NCBI RefSeq assembly: GCF_001457615.1
Contig: NZ_LN831024.1
Coordinates: 1,170,001-1,202,000 of the forward strand
DNA length: 32,000 bases
Origin: Pseudomonas aeruginosa
GTDB taxonomy: Bacteria; Pseudomonadota; Gammaproteobacteria; Pseudomonadales; Pseudomonadaceae
Direction: 5' to 3'
The position numbers were made by a program, and so were the translations under genes. Under the pieces are notes generated by a model. The model did not search any database. It had not been told where the DNA came from and saw nothing but the letters and a program-made list of their open reading frames with translations. How positions within the stretch are numbered: the stretch's first letter is position 1; the number at the start of each line of letters is the position of its first letter. Of the stretch, positions 1 to 9,976 are shown piece after piece.

Positions 1-62
1 TTTTACACTGCGACACCCGGCCGGCGTGGCCGGGAACAGGAAAAACCGACCAGGGAGTGGCC

Positions 63-974
63 ATGAACGCCTACGACATCGAAATCGTCAACGACGCCGC
101 GCACGCCGGCGAAGCCAACCACGGCTGGTGCTTCGGCCTGCCGCCGGGCATCCGTCCGGAGCAGTGGCCGCTGGATCCGGACACCGGCTATCCGCTGATG
201 CACGGCTTCACCCTGCTGCTGCCGGAGGACTACCGGGTGCATGGCCCGGAGATCGTCGCGCTGAGCTTCTTCTCCCTCGCCCCGGACCAGAACGACGGTG
301 GACCGACCAGCGTCGACGGCATTCGCGAGATGCTCATCGATCCGCCCGCGCAACCGCCGGCCGAAGCGGAACTGCGGCCGTTCTGGGAGGCCGGGCGCAA
401 TAGCCATCCGCGTCTGCATCGGATGGAGGACATCCTCGGCGGCGCCTATGCGTTGATCCTGCTCGACGCCGCTGAATTCAGCGGCGCGCCCTGCCAGCCG
501 CCGGCGCTGCCGGCGGGCAACCCGCTGTTGGCGCAGACCGAGCCGCCGCAGTGGCTGGAGGCTGGTTCGGCGGCCAGCTTCGTGCCGGACTGGGCGGAGG
601 ACGACTACTACCTGCTGCGCGCCCTCGGTGGCCGCCCGGCGGCCGGCCACCAGCAACGCTACCCGCTGCGCTGGACGGCGCGGGCGCAAGACCCCAACGC
701 CGGGGTGGTGCCCAGCGAATACGGCGACGGCGGCTACCAGCTGCCGCACTACTGGCTGGACGGCAAGATCGAGCGCGACAACTACCGCGAGCATCCCTGG
801 GTGGAAGGGCACCTGCCGAACCATATCGGCGGCACCATGCGTCCGGTGCAGGGCGTGCCGGAGATGAGTCCCTTCTACGTAGAGTTCGAGGAATACCTGG
901 GCGGCTACAACTTCGGCGGCGGCAACGCCCAGCTCGATTTCCGCGACATGCGCTTCGACTGGGCCTGCGGCTGA
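63..974 (+). CDS. Uncharacterised conserved protein (acidic, W/P-rich; about 303 aa)
   Basis: Open frame with ATG at 63 preceded by a purine-rich AGGGAG; protein-like composition (MNAYDIEIVNDAAHAGEANHGWCFGLPPGI...). Located beside ndpA as in P. aeruginosa. Confidence 0.75.
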   Translation: MNAYDIEIVNDAAHAGEANHGWCFGLPPGIRPEQWPLDPDTGYPLMHGFTLLLPEDYRVHGPEIVALSFFSLAPDQNDGGPTSVDGIREMLIDPPAQPPAEAELRPFWEAGRNSHPRLHRMEDILGGAYALILLDAAEFSGAPCQPPALPAGNPLLAQTEPPQWLEAGSAASFVPDWAEDDYYLLRALGGRPAAGHQQRYPLRWTARAQDPNAGVVPSEYGDGGYQLPHYWLDGKIERDNYREHPWVEGHLPNHIGGTMRPVQGVPEMSPFYVEFEEYLGGYNFGGGNAQLDFRDMRFDWACG

Positions 975-1016
975 GGAGGGAAAGGGAGCGCCGGCGGCGC
1001 TCCGGGGCGGCGCGGG

Positions 1017-2021
1017 TCAGTCCTTGCGCCGCTTGAGCTGGTCCTTCAACTGGGTCGGCAACTGGCGGATGATCAGCATGTCGCGCTCTTCGTCGTATTC
1101 CACCTTGGAGCCCAGCAGGTGCGCCTCGAAGCTGATCGACAGGCCTTCGGCGCGGCCGGTGAAGCGGCGGAACTGGTTGAGGGTGCGCTTGTCCGCCGGG
1201 ATTTCCGGCGACAGGCCGTAGTCCTTGTTACGTATGTAGTCGTAGAACGCCCGCGGTTGCTGGTCGTCCATCAGTTCCGAAAGCGCGTCGAGGGTCATCG
1301 GCTCGCCGATGCGCGCCTGGGAGGTGGCGTAGTCGACCAGCGTCTCGGTCTTCTCGCGGGCCTGTTCCTCGGCCATGTCCTCGCTTTCCACGAAATCGCT
1401 GAAGGCTTTCAGCAGGGTGCGCGTCTCGCTCGGCGAATCCACCCCTTCCTGGCAGCCGATGAAGTCGCGGAAATAGTCGGAGACCTTCTTCCCGCCCTTG
1501 CCCTTGATGAACGAGATGTACTGCTTCGACTGCTTGTTGTTGCGCCATTCGGAGATATTGATCCGCGCGGCCAGGTGCAACTGGCCGAGGTCCAGGTGGC
1601 GCGACGGGGTGACCTCCAGCGACTCGTTCACCGCCACGCCTTCGCTGTGGTGCAGCAGGGCGATCGCCAGGTAGTCGGTCATGCCTTGCTGGTAGTGGGC
1701 GAACAGGATGTGGCCGCCGGTGGAGAGATTGGACTCCTCCATCAGCTTCTGCAGGTGCTCGACCGCTTCGCGGCTGAAGCCGACGAAGTCGCGATCGCCC
1801 TCCAGGTACTCACCGAGCCAGCCGCTGAACGGGTAGGCCCCGGACTCGCCCTGGAAGAAGCCCCAGGCCTTGTTCTTGGCGTTGTAGCTTTCGTTGAGGT
1901 CGGCCAGCAGGTTCTCGATGGCCTGGGAGTCGCCCAGCTCGGCGTCGCGCGCGTGGAGCACGGCCGGGGTGCCGTCGGGCTTCTTCTCGATCAGGTGGAC
2001 GATGGCGTGATGGATCGGCAT
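1017..2021 (-). CDS. ndpA: Nucleoid-associated protein NdpA/YejK family
   Basis: 334-aa [32 protein letters not shown]...; matches remembered YejK/NdpA family N-terminus and length. Confidence 0.93.
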
Positions 2022-2113
2022 GTCAGGTTCGACCTTTCAGGTAATCGGCGGCGCCGCGCAGGTTTCCGCGACGCTGCGGGACACGCCGCTGGCGCGCCCG
2101 CGGATCGGCCAGT

Positions 2114-3469
2114 TTACCCGAGGTTGCCGGCTTCTGCCTGCGTCGCCTGGCGTTCCTGCAGACCGTGCAGGCGCTTGATCACGAAGTTCAGGTGCAGGTG
2201 CAGCTCGTACAGCTCGTGGTAGTAGGAGAGCGGCACCTCCACGGTGTTCAGCTCGCTCTCCAGTTTCTCCAGCCGCTCGATCTCGCTTCTCAGTTGCTCG
2301 GCGTCGGTACCGCTGTCGAGCTTGCGGTCGATGTCGCGGATGTAGCGGTACCAGCGGTAGATGCGCGCGCGGATGCGCCAGCGATACAGCGGGCCGATGG
2401 ACTTCATCAGCGGGATGAGGATGGCGATGAACGGGATCAGCAGGATGATGTAGCGGTCCGCCAGGGAGGCGATGCGGAACGGCAGGTAGCGCTGCAGCAG
2501 CGGCAGGCCGCTCTTGTAGTAGCGCTCGGCGTCCTCGTGCAGGCGCAGGGTGCGCGGCTCGGCGCTGGGGAAGGCGCCGGGCTTGTCGAGCAGGCTGCCG
2601 TCCTTCATCACCTCGCGCGCGGCTTCCAGCACCAGCGGGATCAGCGCCGGGTGGAAGCGTTCGTTGATCACCAGGGTGGCCACCGGCGACAGGGTGCTGA
2701 TGTTTCGTTCCGGCACGTTGCGCGGCAGGTTGAGCAGGCCTTCGCCGACCTCGACCCGCTTGAGGAACGGCAGGCGCGCCTCGTAGGCGGCGCTGCGGCG
2801 GAAGTTGACCAGGCGAAGCTGGTCGTTGTCGGCCAATTTCTGGATCGCCGGGTTCTCCGCCGGGCCGACGATGAACGCCGCGTCCAGCTTGCCGGCCAGC
2901 AGGTCGTCGACCACCGCGTTGCCGCCGCGGGCTTCCCAGGTGATCGGATAGTGTCCCGGGGCGATGTCGTTGGCCTGCAGGATCGCCTCGGTGGCGGCGC
3001 GGGTGCCGCTGCCGTCGCTGCCGATGGCCAGGCGCAGGTGCAGCAGGTCGCTGAGCTGGTCGATGTGCACGTTGCTGCGGTGGAACAGCCAGAGCGGTTC
3101 CTGGTAGACCGCGCCGAGGGTCTGCAACTGGCGCGCCTGCCCGGCTTCGAGCTGGCGCTCCTGGCCGCTCTGGACCAGGGCGATGTCGACCTCGCCGGTG
3201 CCGAGCAGGCGCTCCAGGTTGTCGCGCGAGCCGGCGCTAGGCACCAGCTTCAGTTCGAAGCCCTGCTCCTTGAGCTTTTCCCGGAGCTTGCCGGCGAACA
3301 CGGCGTAGCCGCCGCCCTCGGCGCCGGTGGCCATGGTCGCGCTCATCGGCGGCGGTGGGGCGACGAAATAGAACACCGCGGCGACCAGGGCGGCGATCAC
3401 CGGGATCAGCCAGAGGTTGGCGCGGATCAGGATGGCGAGGTCCTTGAGCAGGTGCTTGATGCGATTCAT
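2114..3469 (-). CDS. TAXI family TRAP-type solute-binding protein, membrane anchored
   Basis: MNRIKHLLKDLAILIRANLWLIPVIAALVAAVFYFV (N-terminal TM), then MATGAEGGGYAVFAGKLREKLKEQGFELKLVPSAGSRDNLERLLGTGEVDIALVQSG, typical of the TAXI/NMT1-like fold; C-terminal second TM. ATG at 3469 chosen over upstream extension. Confidence 0.85.
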   Translation of the reverse strand: MNRIKHLLKDLAILIRANLWLIPVIAALVAAVFYFVAPPPPMSATMATGAEGGGYAVFAGKLREKLKEQGFELKLVPSAGSRDNLERLLGTGEVDIALVQSGQERQLEAGQARQLQTLGAVYQEPLWLFHRSNVHIDQLSDLLHLRLAIGSDGSGTRAATEAILQANDIAPGHYPITWEARGGNAVVDDLLAGKLDAAFIVGPAENPAIQKLADNDQLRLVNFRRSAAYEARLPFLKRVEVGEGLLNLPRNVPERNISTLSPVATLVINERFHPALIPLVLEAAREVMKDGSLLDKPGAFPSAEPRTLRLHEDAERYYKSGLPLLQRYLPFRIASLADRYIILLIPFIAILIPLMKSIGPLYRWRIRARIYRWYRYIRDIDRKLDSGTDAEQLRSEIERLEKLESELNTVEVPLSYYHELYELHLHLNFVIKRLHGLQERQATQAEAGNLG

Positions 3470-3542
3470 GAGCGGTCCTTGTGCTGCTCTCCAGAAGGGT
3501 ATGACGGATGCGGGCGGGCGCACTCCTCAGCGTAGCCGAGGG

Positions 3543-4013
3543 TCACCGGCGGTCCGTGCGGAACTGCCGGCAGAGCACCCGGTGGCGATGCCGGAAGATG
3601 CGGGTGAGGAACCAGCGTACCAGTCCGGCGGCGAATAGCGGGCGCACGGTCAACTGGTCGACCAGCAGGCATTCCCCGGCCTCGCCCGGTGTCGGCAGGA
3701 TGCGTCGCTCGTGGCGCCAGAGGCGCATGCCGGTCATCGGCGACTGTTCGATGAAGCCGTGGCCGGGCGTCAGCTCCAGCAGGGTCAGTTGCGAAGTGCC
3801 CAGCGGCAGCAAGCCGAACAGGCGCATGTGGCTGCGGAACAGCGGGCGCCGGGGCACTACCTCCAGGTCTTCGAGGCTGCGGATACCGGGCGGTACGCTC
3901 ATGCTCAGCAACGGGCGTATCTCGCGGAGTATCCCGTCCACCGAGGTGATCCACCGCCAGAGCTGTTCGGGGCTGGCCTGCAGGCGCGATTCGAAATGCA
4001 GGCTGATATTCAT
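3543..4013 (-). CDS. SRPBCC-like (polyketide cyclase/START-like) small protein
   Basis: 156-aa ORF MNISLHFESRLQASPEQLWRWITSVDGILREIRPLLSMS...; N-terminal pattern resembles the SRPBCC fold. Confidence 0.7.
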   Translation of the reverse strand: MNISLHFESRLQASPEQLWRWITSVDGILREIRPLLSMSVPPGIRSLEDLEVVPRRPLFRSHMRLFGLLPLGTSQLTLLELTPGHGFIEQSPMTGMRLWRHERRILPTPGEAGECLLVDQLTVRPLFAAGLVRWFLTRIFRHRHRVLCRQFRTDRR

Positions 4014-4116
4014 CGCAGGCTCCTGCTAGGGTTGTGGGAGGACGCGCTGTCCATGGCGCCCGTGCCGTGCAAGCCTAAGCCAGACGAACCGAGACGTCGA
4101 ACCGAAGGAGGACGCC

Positions 4117-4659
4117 ATGCTGATCCGCGCCGCAACCTCGACCCTGCTGGTGGTCGATATCCAGGAACGCCTGCTGCCGGCCATCGACGACGGTCCGGCG
4201 CTGGTCGAGTACAGCCAGTGGTTGTTGCGCGTGGCCCGCGCACTGGACGTGCCGGTGCTGGCCAGCGAGCAGTACAGCAAGGGCCTGGGGCCGACGGTGG
4301 CGGCCCTGCGCGATGAGCTGGAGCCCACGCAGATCCTCGAGAAGCTGGACTTCTCGGCCGCCGCCGACGGCGCCCTGCTGCGCGCGCCCGGCGGCGACCG
4401 CCGGCAGTTCGTGGTTTGCGGCAGCGAGGCGCACGTCTGCGTGCTGCAGACCGTGCTCGACCTGCTTGGCCGTGGTCGCGAAGTGTTCGTCGTGGAGGAG
4501 GCGATCGGCTCGCGGCGGCCGAGCGACAAGGCGCTGGCCGTGGAGCGGATGCGCCAGGCCGGGGCGATGATCGTGTCGCGGGAGATGGTCGCCTTCGAAT
4601 GGATGGAACGCGCCGGCAGCGACCGCTTCCGCGAGATCAGCCGCAACTTCATTCGCTGA
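4117..4659 (+). CDS. Isochorismatase-family cysteine hydrolase
   Basis: 180-aa ORF with STLLVVDIQERLLPAI (catalytic Asp), ILEKLDFSA and QFVVCGSEAHVCVLQTVLDLL (catalytic Cys region). Confidence 0.9.
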   Translation: MLIRAATSTLLVVDIQERLLPAIDDGPALVEYSQWLLRVARALDVPVLASEQYSKGLGPTVAALRDELEPTQILEKLDFSAAADGALLRAPGGDRRQFVVCGSEAHVCVLQTVLDLLGRGREVFVVEEAIGSRRPSDKALAVERMRQAGAMIVSREMVAFEWMERAGSDRFREISRNFIR

Positions 4660-5545
4660 GCGGCGGTTGCTCGGCCTGGTAGCGCCGGGCCTCCTCGCGC
4701 AGCCAGTCGGCGAAGGCCTGGTGGCGGTCGCTCGGCGGCTCGCGCTGCGGCCAGACCAGCCAGTAGGGATAGGGGTAGGGCACGCGGATGTCGCCCAGTT
4801 GCACCAGGCGGCCCTCGGCGAGGGCGCCGGCGACCAGGCTGCGACGCTCCAGGGCGATGCCCTGGCCCAGGCGCACGGCTTCCAGCAGCAGGTTCGAGTC
4901 ATTGATCAGCAGTCCGTGCTGCGGTTCCGCCACGCCGGCGCGCTGGCACCAGAGCGCCCAGGATTCGGTGGAGCGCAGTGTAGGGCAGGCGACGATCTCG
5001 CTCGGCGTGCGCGGCAGGCGGCCGCCGTTGAAGTCGGGCGCGGCGACCATCAGCAACTCGTCGTCGAACAGGCGTTCCCGACCGACCCCTTCCCAGTCGC
5101 CCTTGCCGATGCGTACGCCGAGGTCGGCCAGGCCCTGGCGCAGGTTCTGCACGTCAAGACTGGCCACCAGCCGCACGCGACAGTGCGGATGGCGCTCGCG
5201 AAAGCGCGGCAGGCGCGGCAGCAGCCAGTTCAGGCCGAAGGACGGCATCACCGTGACCACCAGCTCACCCTCCCGTGGACGCGCCCGCACCACCCGCGTG
5301 GCGTCGGCGATCTCGCCCAGCGAGGCGCGTACCTGCAGGGCGTAGAACCGGCCGTTCTCGCTCAGGCGCAGGCCGCGCCCCTCGCGGACGAACAGGGCCA
5401 GGCCGAGGAGGTTTTCCAGCAGCTTGATCTGCTGGCTGATCGCTGAGTGGGTGACGTGCAGCTCGCTGGCGGCCTGGCTGATGCTGCCGAGCCGGGCGAC
5501 CGCTTCGAAGCTGCGCAGGGCGGTGAGGGGAGGGAGGTCGCTCAT
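4649..5545 (-). CDS. LysR-type transcriptional regulator
   Basis: N-terminal wHTH PPLTALRSFEAVARLGSISQAASELHVTHSAISQQIKLLENLLGLALFVREGRG; divergent from downstream GST. Confidence 0.95.
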   Translation of the reverse strand: MSDLPPLTALRSFEAVARLGSISQAASELHVTHSAISQQIKLLENLLGLALFVREGRGLRLSENGRFYALQVRASLGEIADATRVVRARPREGELVVTVMPSFGLNWLLPRLPRFRERHPHCRVRLVASLDVQNLRQGLADLGVRIGKGDWEGVGRERLFDDELLMVAAPDFNGGRLPRTPSEIVACPTLRSTESWALWCQRAGVAEPQHGLLINDSNLLLEAVRLGQGIALERRSLVAGALAEGRLVQLGDIRVPYPYPYWLVWPQREPPSDRHQAFADWLREEARRYQAEQPPLSE

Positions 5546-5668
5546 GTAAGTTTTTCTAAAGGATTCGCTGAATTTATCTCGATATTTTTCGCGTTGTGCA
5601 ACGACTAGAGTGATTTTCCCAGGCGTCGCCCTCTTAGCGGCGCTTAATCATCGACAAAGGATGCCGCG

Positions 5669-6280
5669 ATGCAACTGATCGGTATGCTGGATTCGCCTTT
5701 TGTGCGCCGGGTCGCCATCGCCCTGCGCCTGCTGGACCTGCCCTACGAGCACCGGCCGCTGTCGGTGTTCCGCAATTTCCAGGCGTTCAGCCTGTTCAAC
5801 CCGATGGTCAAGGCGCCCACGCTGGTGCTGGACGATGGCACCGTGCTGATGGACTCCAGCCTGATCCTCGATTACCTGGAGTGCCTGGCCGGCCGCGAAC
5901 GCAGTCTGCTGCCGCAACGGCCGCAGGCCCGTGCACGGGCGCTGAGTCTGATCGGTGCGGCGCTGGTGGCCTGCGAGAAATCCGTGCAGATCTACTACGA
6001 ACTGAACCTGCGTCCCGAGGAACGCCGCCATGGCCCCTGGCTGGAGCGGGTGGAGGGGCAGTTGCTGGCGGCCTACGACTGGCTGGAGGCAGCGCTGCGC
6101 CAGGAGCCGCTGGCACGCGACGGCGGCATCGAGCTGGTCGGGGTGACTGTTGCAGTGGCCTGGCGCTTCAGCCAACTGGTGGTCGCGGAGCGGGTCGCCG
6201 CCAGCGAATACCCGGAACTGGCAAGCTATTCGGATTATGCGGAAGGGTTGCCGGTGTTCCTCGAGACGCCGCCGGTCTGA
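5669..6280 (+). CDS. Glutathione S-transferase family protein
   Basis: MQLIGMLDSPFVRRVAIALRLLDLPYEHRPLSVF...NPMVKAPTLVLDDGTVLMDSSLILDYLE, typical thioredoxin-like GST N-domain. Confidence 0.93.
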   Translation: MQLIGMLDSPFVRRVAIALRLLDLPYEHRPLSVFRNFQAFSLFNPMVKAPTLVLDDGTVLMDSSLILDYLECLAGRERSLLPQRPQARARALSLIGAALVACEKSVQIYYELNLRPEERRHGPWLERVEGQLLAAYDWLEAALRQEPLARDGGIELVGVTVAVAWRFSQLVVAERVAASEYPELASYSDYAEGLPVFLETPPV

Positions 6281-6885
6281 GCCCGCGAGGGGCCAGGCTG
6301 GCGCCCCTCGAACGGCTCGATTCCGCCTGCGCCCGGCCTCGGTTCGCTGCAGGTCGCTGCCGTCGTCACGGCCCGGACCGGTTGTTGCGAACTGCTGTTC
6401 GGCGCCGGCCTGGAGGCGGCCCGGCCCTGGCTCAGCCTGGTCCTGAGCGCGGCCCTCGGCTTGCTCTTCGGCATGCTGCTGGGCGGGCTCTGGTTCGGCT
6501 ACTGGATCCGCCAGGAGGGATTGCAACTGACCCACCTGCTGCTGGTGGTCTGGGTGCTGGCGAACTTCTTCGTGCTCAACGTCCGCTGGAACTGATGGGG
6601 ACTGCCGGTACGAGGAGCAGGGCGCGAGGACGGCGACAGTGGAGCGAGCCGGACGCCCGTCGATAGCGCGAAGTCGCATCTCGCTCCTGCCACCCGATCC
6701 CTCGGCTCCCCTCTGTTCGCACGCGCTGCATGGGCTGACGCAGTTGGAACTGCCCCCGGGCAGTGGCAGCCGGCTGCCTCGAGGGCAGGTGCTCCGGCTG
6801 GCTCGGCATGGTCACTGGAGTTCAGCCCCGGGGTTCTTCGAGGAAAGCAGAACCTGCGGCATCGGCTCCTTTCGCCCGACTGGGC

Positions 6886-7236
6886 TCAGCGCAGCTCTTC
6901 GGCGGCGGCGACCAGTTGTTCGAGTTGATGGTGGATCTGGGCCCTGTCCAGCAACTGCAAGGGCTGGCGGTTCCAGAGCAGCCGTTCGCCGCTTTCGGGG
7001 TCGCGGCCCAGGATCGGCTTGCAAGGGTCCTGGCTGAACAGGTTCTGCTCGCTGGCCGTAGCGTCTCCTTGTCCTTCCAGGCGGGTGAACATCAACAGAT
7101 GATCGGTCGGATGTTCTGCCAGATGGCAGAGATGCGGGCCCACCTGCAGGCTGAGTACGCTCTCCTCGTCATTGGGCGTCGGGAGATCGAGAGCGAGAAA
7201 AAGCTGGTGGATGGCGGCGCGGTAGAGTGGATTCAT
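6886..7236 (-). CDS. spcS: Type III secretion chaperone SpcS (Orf1) for ExoS/ExoT
   Basis: 116-aa MNPLYRAAIHQLFLALDLPTPNDEESVLSLQVGPHLCHLAEHPTDHLLMFTRLE; small acidic CesT-type chaperone divergent from exoS. ATG at 7236. Confidence 0.95.
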   Translation of the reverse strand: MNPLYRAAIHQLFLALDLPTPNDEESVLSLQVGPHLCHLAEHPTDHLLMFTRLEGQGDATASEQNLFSQDPCKPILGRDPESGERLLWNRQPLQLLDRAQIHHQLEQLVAAAEELR

Positions 7237-7264
7237 GGCGTGTTCCGAGTCACTGGAGGCGGCC

Positions 7265-7316
7265 ATTAGAGCAGTGCCAGCCCGGAGAGACTGTTAATCG
7301 TGGTTCTCTTTTTTTA
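7265..7316 (-). promoter_or_regulatory. Probable ExsA-dependent promoter of spcS
   Basis: Minus strand TAAAAAAAGAGAACCACGATTAACAG: TNAAAANA element at 7316-7309; TCTAAT -10-like hexamer at 7270-7265, spaced almost as in the exoS promoter. Confidence 0.65.
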
Positions 7317-7339
7317 GGTTTTGCCGCTGCCGATTCCAG

Positions 7340-7392
7340 TGAAAAAACGGCGGCCAATCCTGATAGGCGATGGGGTTTCCCGTTCCTAGACT
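7340..7392 (+). promoter_or_regulatory. ExsA-dependent promoter of exoS
   Basis: TGAAAAAACGGCGGCCAATCCTGATAGG (TNAAAANA at 7340-7347, TGATAG at 7361-7366) followed by TAGACT -10-like hexamer at 7387-7392; spacer longer than the canonical 17 bp, as known for ExsA promoters. Confidence 0.85.
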
Positions 7393-7423
7393 GGCGGAGA
7401 AACATCAGGAGAAGGCAACCATC

Positions 7424-8785
7424 ATGCATATTCAATCGCTTCAGCAGAGTCCGTCTTTCGCCGTCGAATTGCACCAGGCCGCCAGTGGGCGTTTGGGACA
7501 GATTGAGGCCCGCCAGGTCGCCACCCCCAGTGAAGCGCAGCAGTTGGCCCAGCGCCAGGACGCGCCGAAGGGTGAGGGGCTGCTCGCTCGCCTGGGCGCG
7601 GCGCTCGTGCGTCCCTTCGTGGCGATCATGGACTGGCTGGGCAAACTGTTGGGCTCCCACGCCCGCACCGGGCCGCAGCCCAGTCAGGACGCGCAGCCTG
7701 CGGTCATGTCCTCGGCCGTCGTGTTCAAGCAGATGGTGCTGCAGCAGGCATTGCCCATGACCTTGAAGGGACTCGACAAGGCGAGCGAGCTGGCGACCCT
7801 GACACCGGAAGGACTGGCCCGGGAGCACTCCCGCCTGGCCAGCGGAGATGGGGCGCTGCGTTCGCTGAGCACCGCCTTGGCCGGCATTCGTGCCGGCAGC
7901 CAGGTCGAGGAGTCCCGTATCCAGGCTGGCCGCCTGCTCGAACGGAGCATCGGCGGGATCGCGCTGCAGCAGTGGGGCACCACCGGCGGTGCCGCGAGTC
8001 AACTGGTGCTCGACGCAAGCCCGGAACTGCGGCGCGAAATCACCGACCAGTTGCATCAGGTAATGAGCGAGGTCGCACTGTTGCGCCAAGCGGTAGAGAG
8101 CGAGGTCAGCAGAGTATCGGCCGACAAGGCGCTGGCGGATGGCCTGGTGAAGCGGTTCGGGGCGGATGCGGAAAAGTACCTGGGCAGACAGCCTGGTGGC
8201 ATCCACAGTGACGCCGAAGTGATGGCGCTTGGTCTCTACACCGGCATTCACTACGCGGACCTGAATCGCGCTCTGCGTCAGGGGCAGGAGCTGGATGCGG
8301 GACAAAAGCTGATCGACCAAGGTATGTCCGCGGCCTTCGAGAAGAGCGGACAGGCTGAACAGGTAGTGAAGACTTTCCGTGGCACCCGTGGCGGGGATGC
8401 CTTCAACGCCGTGGAAGAGGGCAAGGTTGGCCACGACGACGGCTATCTCTCCACCTCCCTGAACCCCGGTGTCGCGAGGAGCTTCGGGCAGGGCACGATA
8501 TCCACCGTGTTCGGCAGGTCCGGAATCGATGTCAGCGGGATATCGAACTACAAGAATGAAAAAGAGATTCTCTATAACAAAGAGACCGACATGCGCGTGC
8601 TGCTGAGCGCCAGCGATGAGCAGGGAGTGACCCGCCGGGTCCTCGAAGAGGCGGCCCTGGGGGAGCAGAGTGGCCATAGCCAGGGACTGCTCGATGCTCT
8701 CGACCTGGCAAGCAAACCGGAACGTTCAGGCGAGGTCCAGGAACAGGATGTACGCCTGAGGATGCGTGGCCTTGATCTGGCCTGA
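7424..8785 (+). CDS. exoS: Exoenzyme S, bifunctional RhoGAP/ADP-ribosyltransferase T3SS effector
   Basis: 453 aa MHIQSLQQSPSFAVELHQAASGR...; counted residues place the GAP arginine finger at R146 (GDGALRSLS), the STS motif at 343-345 and ExE glutamates at E379/E381 (NEKEI); LLDALDLAS 14-3-3/FAS interaction segment near the C-terminus. Confidence 0.99.
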   Translation: MHIQSLQQSPSFAVELHQAASGRLGQIEARQVATPSEAQQLAQRQDAPKGEGLLARLGAALVRPFVAIMDWLGKLLGSHARTGPQPSQDAQPAVMSSAVVFKQMVLQQALPMTLKGLDKASELATLTPEGLAREHSRLASGDGALRSLSTALAGIRAGSQVEESRIQAGRLLERSIGGIALQQWGTTGGAASQLVLDASPELRREITDQLHQVMSEVALLRQAVESEVSRVSADKALADGLVKRFGADAEKYLGRQPGGIHSDAEVMALGLYTGIHYADLNRALRQGQELDAGQKLIDQGMSAAFEKSGQAEQVVKTFRGTRGGDAFNAVEEGKVGHDDGYLSTSLNPGVARSFGQGTISTVFGRSGIDVSGISNYKNEKEILYNKETDMRVLLSASDEQGVTRRVLEEAALGEQSGHSQGLLDALDLASKPERSGEVQEQDVRLRMRGLDLA

Positions 8786-8812
8786 CCGGTCGTAAAAGAA
8801 AGACGTCACGAA

Positions 8813-8832
8813 CGGACACCTTGGGGTGTCCG
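8813..8832 (+). terminator. Stem-loop downstream of exoS
   Basis: CGGACACC TTGG GGTGTCCG perfect 8-bp stem, 28 nt after the stop codon; weak T-tract. Confidence 0.55.
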
Positions 8833-8874
8833 ATTCTTGGCTCGGCAGCGGATCTGGGTGGAGAGGCGTGCTGG

Positions 8875-9885
8875 CTATTCGCCCAGTGGTTCCAGGAGGG
8901 CTGCTGTCCAGCGCTCCTTGCGCCAGGCCCGGCGCTGCTTCTTGTCGAGGTAGGTCCAGGCGACGAAGCGGCTCTGCTTCTGTCCCTGGGCCATGTCCAC
9001 CACGCGGATATCGCTGGCGCCCAACGTCTTCAGGCGCTCCTGGAGGTTCGGCAGGTTGCTCGCCTTGGATACCAGGGTGGTGAACCAGAACACCTGCGTG
9101 GCGAACGCCCGGCTTTCCTCGGCCATGCCGGCCAGGAAGGCCGCTTCGCCGCCCTCGCAGTACAGCTCGGCGCCCTGGCCGCCAAAGTTCAGTAGCGGCA
9201 GGGTACGGGTCGGGTCGAGCTTGCCGAGGTTCTTCCACTTGCGCCGGCTGCCGCGCGTGGCTTCGTCCAGCGAGGCGTGGAAGGGCGGGTTGCAGAGGGT
9301 CATGTCGAAGCGCTCATCGACGCCGATCAGGCCCTGGAATATCTGCCTGCGATCAGGCTGCCGGCGCAACTCGATGGCAGCGGCGAAGCGTGGGTTGGCG
9401 GCGAGGATCGCAGCGGCCGAGGCCAGCGATTGCGGGTCGATGTCGGCGCCGACGAAGCGCCAGCCGTATTCGTGGTGGCCGAGCAGCGGGTAGATGCAGT
9501 TGGCTCCGGTTCCGACGTCCAGCGCACGCAGGCCGGGACCGCGTGGAATCAGGCCATCGTGGCTGGCGCCGAGCAGGTCGGCCAGGTAGTGCAGGTAGTC
9601 GGCGCGACCGGGAATGGGCGGGCACAGGTAACCATCGGGTATATCCCACTCGCGTACGTCGTAGAACTGTTGCAGCAGCGCGCGGTTGAAGGCTTTCACC
9701 GCCGCCGGATCGGCGAAGTCGATGCTCTGCCTGCCGTACGGATTGAGGATGACGAAGCGCTCCAGTTCCGGGCTGCCGGCGATCAGGCGCGGAAAGTCGT
9801 AGCGTCCCAGGTGGCGATTGCGCGGGTGCAGCGGGCTGGCGCTCTTGCGCTCGGCGTCGGGATGCGGGCTGGTCGGGCGGGGCAT
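8875..9885 (-). CDS. rlmF: 23S rRNA (adenine1618-N6)-methyltransferase RlmF
   Basis: [16 protein letters not shown]..., [16 protein letters not shown] (SAM motif I) and [12 protein letters not shown] (NPPF motif). Confidence 0.93.
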   Translation of the reverse strand: MPRPTSPHPDAERKSASPLHPRNRHLGRYDFPRLIAGSPELERFVILNPYGRQSIDFADPAAVKAFNRALLQQFYDVREWDIPDGYLCPPIPGRADYLHYLADLLGASHDGLIPRGPGLRALDVGTGANCIYPLLGHHEYGWRFVGADIDPQSLASAAAILAANPRFAAAIELRRQPDRRQIFQGLIGVDERFDMTLCNPPFHASLDEATRGSRRKWKNLGKLDPTRTLPLLNFGGQGAELYCEGGEAAFLAGMAEESRAFATQVFWFTTLVSKASNLPNLQERLKTLGASDIRVVDMAQGQKQSRFVAWTYLDKKQRRAWRKERWTAALLEPLGE

Positions 9886-9976
9886 GTTCTCGGTTTCCGT
9901 GACGGCGAGGCGGGCATTATTCACATCCGCCGGAGGCTGGCCAGTGTTTCTGCCGAGCGGCGCGCTCCTGGCCCGG

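Noticed and set aside
7250-8677. 475-aa minus-strand ORF opposite exoS
   Set aside because: Antisense shadow of the unambiguous exoS coding sequence in high-GC DNA; low-complexity composition rich in G/R/Q with no domain.
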